A stretch of 63,795 bases of DNA, counting the filler, from Aduncisulcus paluster (taxonomy: Eukaryota), in assembly GCA_024181965.1 (NCBI GenBank). It is 7 parts of 7 records of this genome, joined end to end, with 100 filler letters (N's around TTAATTAATTAA, not from the genome) between each part and the next. Parts side by side here need not be neighbours in the genome. Positions count along the whole stretch, not along the records: positions 56,499 to 59,382 come from BQXS01012552.1; positions 59,483 to 63,795 come from BQXS01012558.1; 5 more parts are not named here. One strand, 5' to 3'. Under the pieces are notes generated by a model. The model had not been told where the DNA came from. It saw nothing but the letters and a program-made list of their open reading frames with translations, and did not search any database. Position numbers and translations under genes: made by a program. This document shows, piece by piece, positions 57,963 to 63,795 of this stretch; position 1 is the stretch's first letter; every line of letters starts with the position of its first letter.

Positions 57963-59382
57963 AATTATGATTAAACAGTGCAATAATCGTCATACCAAGT
58001 GAATATGCATCACTCAATTGGCTCTGGTTACCTTCAAGAGCTTCATATGAGTTGAACACCAATGTTCCACAGATTTCAAATCTGAAACAAGTTGTTTTGG
58101 CTTGGAAGTATGATCTTTTGATTTCGGCTGGGAAGTCGATAGAACTTCATCGAGGCTTCGCGAAAAAGATGAAATGGAGTCTTGAATTTGAGCAAAGCCT
58201 AAATCGGCAAGAACAACAGTGCATTCGTTATCTTTGGGATCCACTCGAACCAAGAAGTTGTCAGGTTTGATATCGCGATGGACGAGGAACTTCTTTGCCG
58301 TGAATACATCGTCAAGACATTCAATCATACCGACACATAAGGCAGCCACTTTCAAAGGATTCAGTGTCATGATATCGAATGGAATGGAACTATCCACAAC
58401 TGCGGCAATAGAGTCGGACTCCGAATCATCATCAGAACTTGAATCGAGAGAGACAGAATAATACTTACTATCGGCACACCAGGTCTTTGCAAATGCACTC
58501 ACACTGCCTCCAACACAGAATTCCATGATGAATCCAAAGCTTCCCTTGAAGTTTGCGTCAAGAAGATCGAGGATATATAGAGGACGTGGGATCCGGTTGA
58601 AACATTTGGGATTGTTAAACAACTTGAGCTGCATTTTGAACTCCTTTCGACAATCTTTCACAAGTTTTTCATCGGCAACACGAAGCATCTTCTTCAAAAC
58701 ACACGGGAAAGCGAGACCATCGACCTTCACAAGTTGCACTCACCGAAACCACCCTTGCCAATGGTGCCCAAGGGGGTGATGGAAGACGTGGAAGTTAGAG
58801 TCATGGAATCAGATTTGGGCACATGGGTAGGAGAAGAAATCGAAAATGAAGGCGAAACATCCGAGGTTCGCCTTTCGATTGGCTTTAAATCGATATTAAC
58901 AGATTTTGGTTTCAAAGAAGTAGATGTTGAGGAAATAGGCTGTGACAAGGAAATTGTTTGGAGAGGCGGTTGAAAATCATCAACATTTGGTTTGGGGGAT
59001 ATTTCGTTACCAGTGGTTTCAATCATAATTTCAGTGGATTTCGCAATTATTGCACTTTCAGGATCAAAAATAACTGGACCCATTTCGATCCCTTCATCTT
59101 TTCCAATTTCCAAAATCAAACCAGGATGGCCTTTTCTTCAACCGGAGGCTTGATCGGTAAAGTGGGTAAAGAATCTCGAATACCATCATGCAAATATAAT
59201 CTTGATACGATACCCTTCTTTCGATATTTGCAAAATAAACACCCAATAATAATCAATATAACAACAATAGCCCCAGAAAGAATATATATCCATATATTGG
59301 ATTTTGGAGAAGAATCAATAATGGGAGTCAAATTTGAACAATCACTTCCTTCAAACACGCTACGACATATACATTTAACATA
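57963..59382 (-). pseudogene. Frameshifted receptor-like kinase: EGF-like motif, TM helix, lineage-specific kinase
   Basis: In order: CICRSVFEGSDC, IWIYILSGAIVVILIIIGCLFC-KYRKK, IGKGGFGE, VLKKM, HRDIKPDN, ADLG, ICGTLVFNSYE and SDAYSLG. Frameshifts lie near 59117, 58740 and 58090. Confidence 0.7.
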
Positions 59383-59482
59383 NNNNNNNNNNNNNNNNNN
59401 NNNNNNNNNNNNNNNNNNNNNNNNNNTTAATTAATTAANNNNNNNNNNNNNNNNNNNNNNNNNNNNNNNNNNNNNNNNNNNN

Positions 59483-61704
59483 ATGGTGGCAGTGGGACAA
59501 AGGAAATACCGTGGAGACATAACAGAATAGGGAGAAAGTAAGAAAGAACTTGAAGACAATCTCGAGCCAGGTAACACACCACCAAAAGCACCCATATCCT
59601 TCCCAATGAGAGAAGAGGAAGAATGGGTCAGTGAAGAGGAAGAGGCAGAGATGGAAGAGGATGAACTAAGAAGAACAAAGCCAGAAGAAGCAAAAACAGA
59701 TGTGGAAGAGGAAGAGGAGGAAGCGGAGGAGGAAGAGGAGGAAGAGGAGGAAGAAGTCAAGGCAGAAGTAGGCAAGGTCGTGTTGTATGAATTCATAGGT
59801 GGAAAGATGGATACAATATCAGATAAAAAACATAATGCAAGGGGCTCTATAGGTAATAGAAAGGCAGGAAGAGGGAATTTCTTAGATTCTTGCGATAATA
59901 ACAATATTTGGTCAACAGTTGAAGAAGTGTGTGTAGTATTACTCTTACTAGTATTGTTATTCTTCTCAACTGTTCTATTTTTAGAAGTATATTTTGAGAA
60001 AGAAGACAGGGATGAAGAAGATGCAGCCCCAACACTATCATTGATATCGTTATCATTGATATTGACATCATTACTATTCCATATTAGTTCTTTTTGGATG
60101 TTTCTAATTTTTCTCAGCAATTTATATATTTGGTCGAAATGGAAAGCATTCAGAGCCGAAGGAAGAAGAGGAGATGAAAATGATGAAAAATTGTATATTT
60201 TGACAGATTCTCCTACTTCTCCGCGCTGAGAATCACCCACAGATGAACTTACAATGCTGAGCTCTGAAGATTCATCGTTTGCACAACCATCTCTATACTT
60301 TCTACTATCTTTAATGCATAATATGGGCATCACCGGTGGTGGCAATGCAACTAATGTACTTCCTTCTTCTTCCTCTTCTTCTCTTGATCCTTCGACCTTC
60401 TTTTCAATCTCTTCAACGGTAGGCAGGTTATCAGTGACATTATCAGTGACATTAAGCATTGGTTTCTTGAGAGATGAAAACTGAGGAGTTACATCCTCAT
60501 CTATTTCGGTATCTTTATCAGAAGAACCAGTGTGGATATCGGTGTGGATATCGGTGTGGATATCGGTGTGGAGATATGGTCCAGAAATAGAAACAGAGCC
60601 AGCAGACGATGAAGTGGTCGTTGTTGTAGGGGTAGAGATAGGAGAGGACATTGTGGGAGGGGTAGGAACAATATTAGGAACAACGTGAGTTGAAGAGATT
60701 GAGAGAGAGCGAAGACGCTGTAAAATACTTCCTCTTCGACTCCTATTGGTAGCTGGTTGTTCTCTGTCTTTGCCTGAGGACTTTTGAGCTTTGGACAAAA
60801 TTTGTTCCATTTTGATCGTTTTACGGAGATCTTTGAGTCGTTCTTTCTCCTTTCTAATTCGGGTTTTTGCTTCAATTTTTTCAACCCTATGACGTTCTTT
60901 TTCCATTGCGGCCAAAAGTTTCTCACCAGAATCTAAAATTAGAACTGAATAATGCCCCTGAATTCTATTCTTCACGCGGACAACATCTTCTTCGATATGA
61001 GAAAGTTTGACAAATTTTGACTCTTTATCTGGCGATGGATGGAAACATGGACAAAATAATTCATGTAACAACCTTGAAATACTCGACACGATGGATGAAG
61101 GGAGAATAAAAAGGTCTCGAGTAAGAAAAGTGGAATGTAAAGCGTTAGACCCCGATTCCACAGGAATATGCATACTAATAGGTGAAGTTAAAGCACTGTT
61201 AATACCATCAATATCTTTTGGTGCGACAGATGACTCAGTTAGTTGCTGTTTTAATAGTTGAGCATAGTATTGTTTGGCGGAAGCTGGCTTAAGCACTATA
61301 TGCTGTCGGAGGTTATGTAATAACATAGGAAAATTCTCTCTTGTAAGATTTAAATAAAAACTCATTTCATTTGCAGTAAAATCTGGGAAATCTGAAAACA
61401 TGAAGGAATGCGGTAAATACTTCATATTAAGTTCTTTACACTTTTTTTTCTGCATATATAAATTATGGTAAGATAATAATGTATCAATTTTCATAATATT
61501 TAAAACTACAAGTTCGAGTAAACGAAAATAATATTGATAGGGAGAATAAATCTTCCCTACCTCATGAATAAGATGATAAGGGTATAGACTAAATGATTTT
61601 AATGCTTGATCAATAAGTCCTTTATAATAAAAATCACTAGACACAATGATATCCTCCCGATAAGGCTGGCAGATGCCATTCTTATCACAATAGACAATAG
61701 ACAT
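59483..61704 (-). CDS. Hypothetical Ser-rich protein, 3'-partial
   Basis: ORF of about 740 codons running into the linker, with a 12-bp HTDI repeat near 60530-60570. Confidence 0.7.
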
Positions 61705-62180
61705 TTAATAATTACAAAGAAAACAATGGTACAATGAAATTTCGGGGGTTATAGATTGAGGAAAAATTCGTGGCGCTGCAGAAACCAGTCTTCACGATAT
61801 TCGTTTTTCTTTTGCAATATTAGACCGAGTAAATGAGTAAAACCAATTTAAAATGAATTATTATCTTCAAATTTTCTGCCAATCTAAGTAAGTATGTCCA
61901 TTAATAGTGCTAGATTTTTGATTCTATCATTGAATGCCGATTGGAAAACTTTGAACAATTTTTAAATTCTTATTGTTCTTTATATCATTGAATTTATGAT
62001 AATAATCCAGGTCAATCTCTTTCCAATGATCTTTTCACGGAAATGGCATTTGAAATGCTAAAATACCACCTAGTCAATGCGTTGTGCACATCTTCCTGTC
62101 CACTCTTGTTTGGATAACCTAATAATAAGGGAAGGGGTGGATTTTATTATATTTTGAGTCTATTTTATGTCAAAAAGCAT

Positions 62181-62549
62181 TCATTTTTCACCCTCATCCG
62201 GATCTGGATACAAAGACTCTCCGTTCTTTGATATAGGATAGGGATACTGGAATTTCTGTCCATGATCTTCACATAAATACTCTATAACACCATCTTTATC
62301 TAAAGAATAGACATTTGAGAACTTGTCACCACAGATTACCTTACGTCCTGCAGCATGATGCCTCTCGATTGCGGTTTTGGCGGCCCTTTTCACCAAAGCA
62401 GAAAAGGCTTTTGGATCATGCAGTATTTGCATTATTTGAGACCTTGATTGTCGTATCTTTTCTTCACGCCTTCTCTGTTCCTCTTGCAGTTCTTCTGATT
62501 GTCGATCTGTAGTAGGGGCCATGTGCTCATCATCATTCTCAGGATCCAT
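62181..62549 (-). CDS. Small hypothetical protein (MDPENDD...)
   Basis: ATG-started portion of ORF 62181..62609, with a coiled coil and the motif AAKTAIERHHAAGRKVI. Confidence 0.6.
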   Translation of the reverse strand: MDPENDDEHMAPTTDRQSEELQEEQRRREEKIRQSRSQIMQILHDPKAFSALVKRAAKTAIERHHAAGRKVICGDKFSNVYSLDKDGVIEYLCEDHGQKFQYPYPISKNGESLYPDPDEGEK

Positions 62550-62842
62550 AATATATATAATTTGTGCTATCAAATTTGATAATTCGATAAGAATTCCCCT
62601 TCTATGCAAAATAACTCTCTATGAGGAATTACTGTATCGGTTGGTTTCTCACTGGGAATTTAAATTTAAAAAACAATGGTCAAAGCAATAAGAGAACAAA
62701 TATTTGATAATTTTATGAGTTCAAAATAAATTTCTTATCAATTCTAAAACCTTCAGACCTTTCGAGGAGATATCAGCGGATCGGAGATATCTCAATCCAT
62801 ACACCTTTTTCTTCGAAAAAAAAAAAATATTGTTATCATAAA

Positions 62843-63795
62843 ATGCCTCATATTCTCTGTGGAGCACGATATTCTAAATACATAGATGATCAACCTCCTG
62901 CTACAATCCATTCGATGGATCACTCTCGATTTGCCCGGATATCCGTATGTTATACCTTTATTGCGGTTGTATTCTGTTTTTTATATTGATATTATGAAAT
63001 GACAATTTTTTACTGGATTGATTACGATAATTATACACCTATTAATGTGACATCGTTGTACAACAACTTGTGCAAACAAATTCACTATGTTAGCCATTTA
63101 TTCTTTCGGAAAAGAGCATTTATTCAAAAGTATTTAAGGCTATTGATCATGAAACTGGAAACATTGTTGCTTGGAATGAACTTGACATTTCTTCCTTCAA
63201 ACCAGAAGAAGTTGATTCAATAATGAAAGAAATGGAATTGCTTTGCTCTGAATCGCATGAAAGAATGGTTAATGTGATCTCATTCTGGACAGAAACCGAT
63301 GACAAAACACTCATCTTTATCACTGAGATTGAAAATGATGCAAAATACATTTCATTGCATGAGTTTGTATGTAACACAGTGAAAACAGAACACTTAATTC
63401 CAGTTTTTCTTGTTGAAAAGATCTGTAAACAATTACTTGAAGGGGTTGAACATTTACGATCAATGTCTTCTCTTTTCATTACTAATCTTCACTATGAGTT
63501 CTGCTATTTAAACAAATCCTCTAAAAATCTTAAAATTAGATATTTTGGACTTATTTCACATCTTATTCGGTGTCATATCGACGGTCCTCTGACTTCTTCG
63601 GTGGGTCCTCTTGGATTCAAGATACCAAAAACATTGAGTGGGGATTCTGAGATTAAAACTTTCTTTGATTATTGTAAAGCAATTCTATCACCATCCATTG
63701 TTGGAAAGATGCTCAAGGATCCCATTTTGAGTGGATGCTGTCGTGATCCTTGTCATGTTGTTGAACCCGTTTGTGGTATTTCTCCGTCTGTCCAT
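62843..63795 (+). CDS. WNK/NRBP-like pseudokinase, 3'-partial; exon 62843-62944, intron 62945-63093, exon 63094 to window end
   Basis: Not in the ORF track. The spliced frame reads SRFARIS|PFILSEKSIYSKVFKAIDHETGNIVAWNEL...KEMELL...FW...LIFITE...ICKQLLEGVEHL. HRD and DFG are absent. Confidence 0.75.

Noticed and set aside
16101..59482. Recurring TTAATTAATTAA palindrome inside N runs
   Set aside because: It is an artificial six-frame-stop contig linker. Gene adjacency across these points carries no biological meaning, including the 43394 gene next to the Fanzor.
60528..60572. 12-bp tandem repeat GTGTGGATATCG and similar short repeats (21040-21083, 15430-15475) as CRISPR-like arrays
   Set aside because: They have no spacers and are in-frame coding repeats (HTDI, SARGTN, KES).

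Overview
This is eukaryotic, gene-dense, AT-rich protist DNA with short GT-AG introns whose donor is GTATGT. It is not one locus: seven contigs (1-16100, 16201-29995, 30096-47004, 47105-53176, 53277-56398, 56499-59382, 59483-63795) are joined by artificial 100-nt N-TTAATTAATTAA-N linkers, and there are four internal 20-N gaps. Gene content and style suggest a flagellated anaerobic metamonad, possibly a Carpediemonas-like fornicate such as Aduncisulcus (inference, not verified). Recognisable genes are DIM1, two ABCA fragments, a LURP/Tubby-like protein, an alpha2delta-like VWA/Cache protein, a GH15 hydrolase, BLOC1S1, CFAP251, RPB5, a type-I DnaJ, malic enzyme, a CDK C-lobe and a WNK/NRBP-like pseudokinase. 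An expanded lineage-specific DLG kinase family is also present. The top finding is a 5'-truncated Fanzor (eukaryotic TnpB-derived, RNA-guided RuvC nuclease) at 47107-47955. It keeps an intact rearranged D-E-D triad and zinc finger, with a candidate omegaRNA region before the malic enzyme gene. Other notable items are an EGF-TM-kinase receptor relic joined to a CDK, two contig ends that join in frame into one kinase, bacterial-type transglutaminase-like and GH15 genes, and a decayed CMC/Plavaka-type transposase. All protein family assignments are motif recognition by eye; no searches were run.
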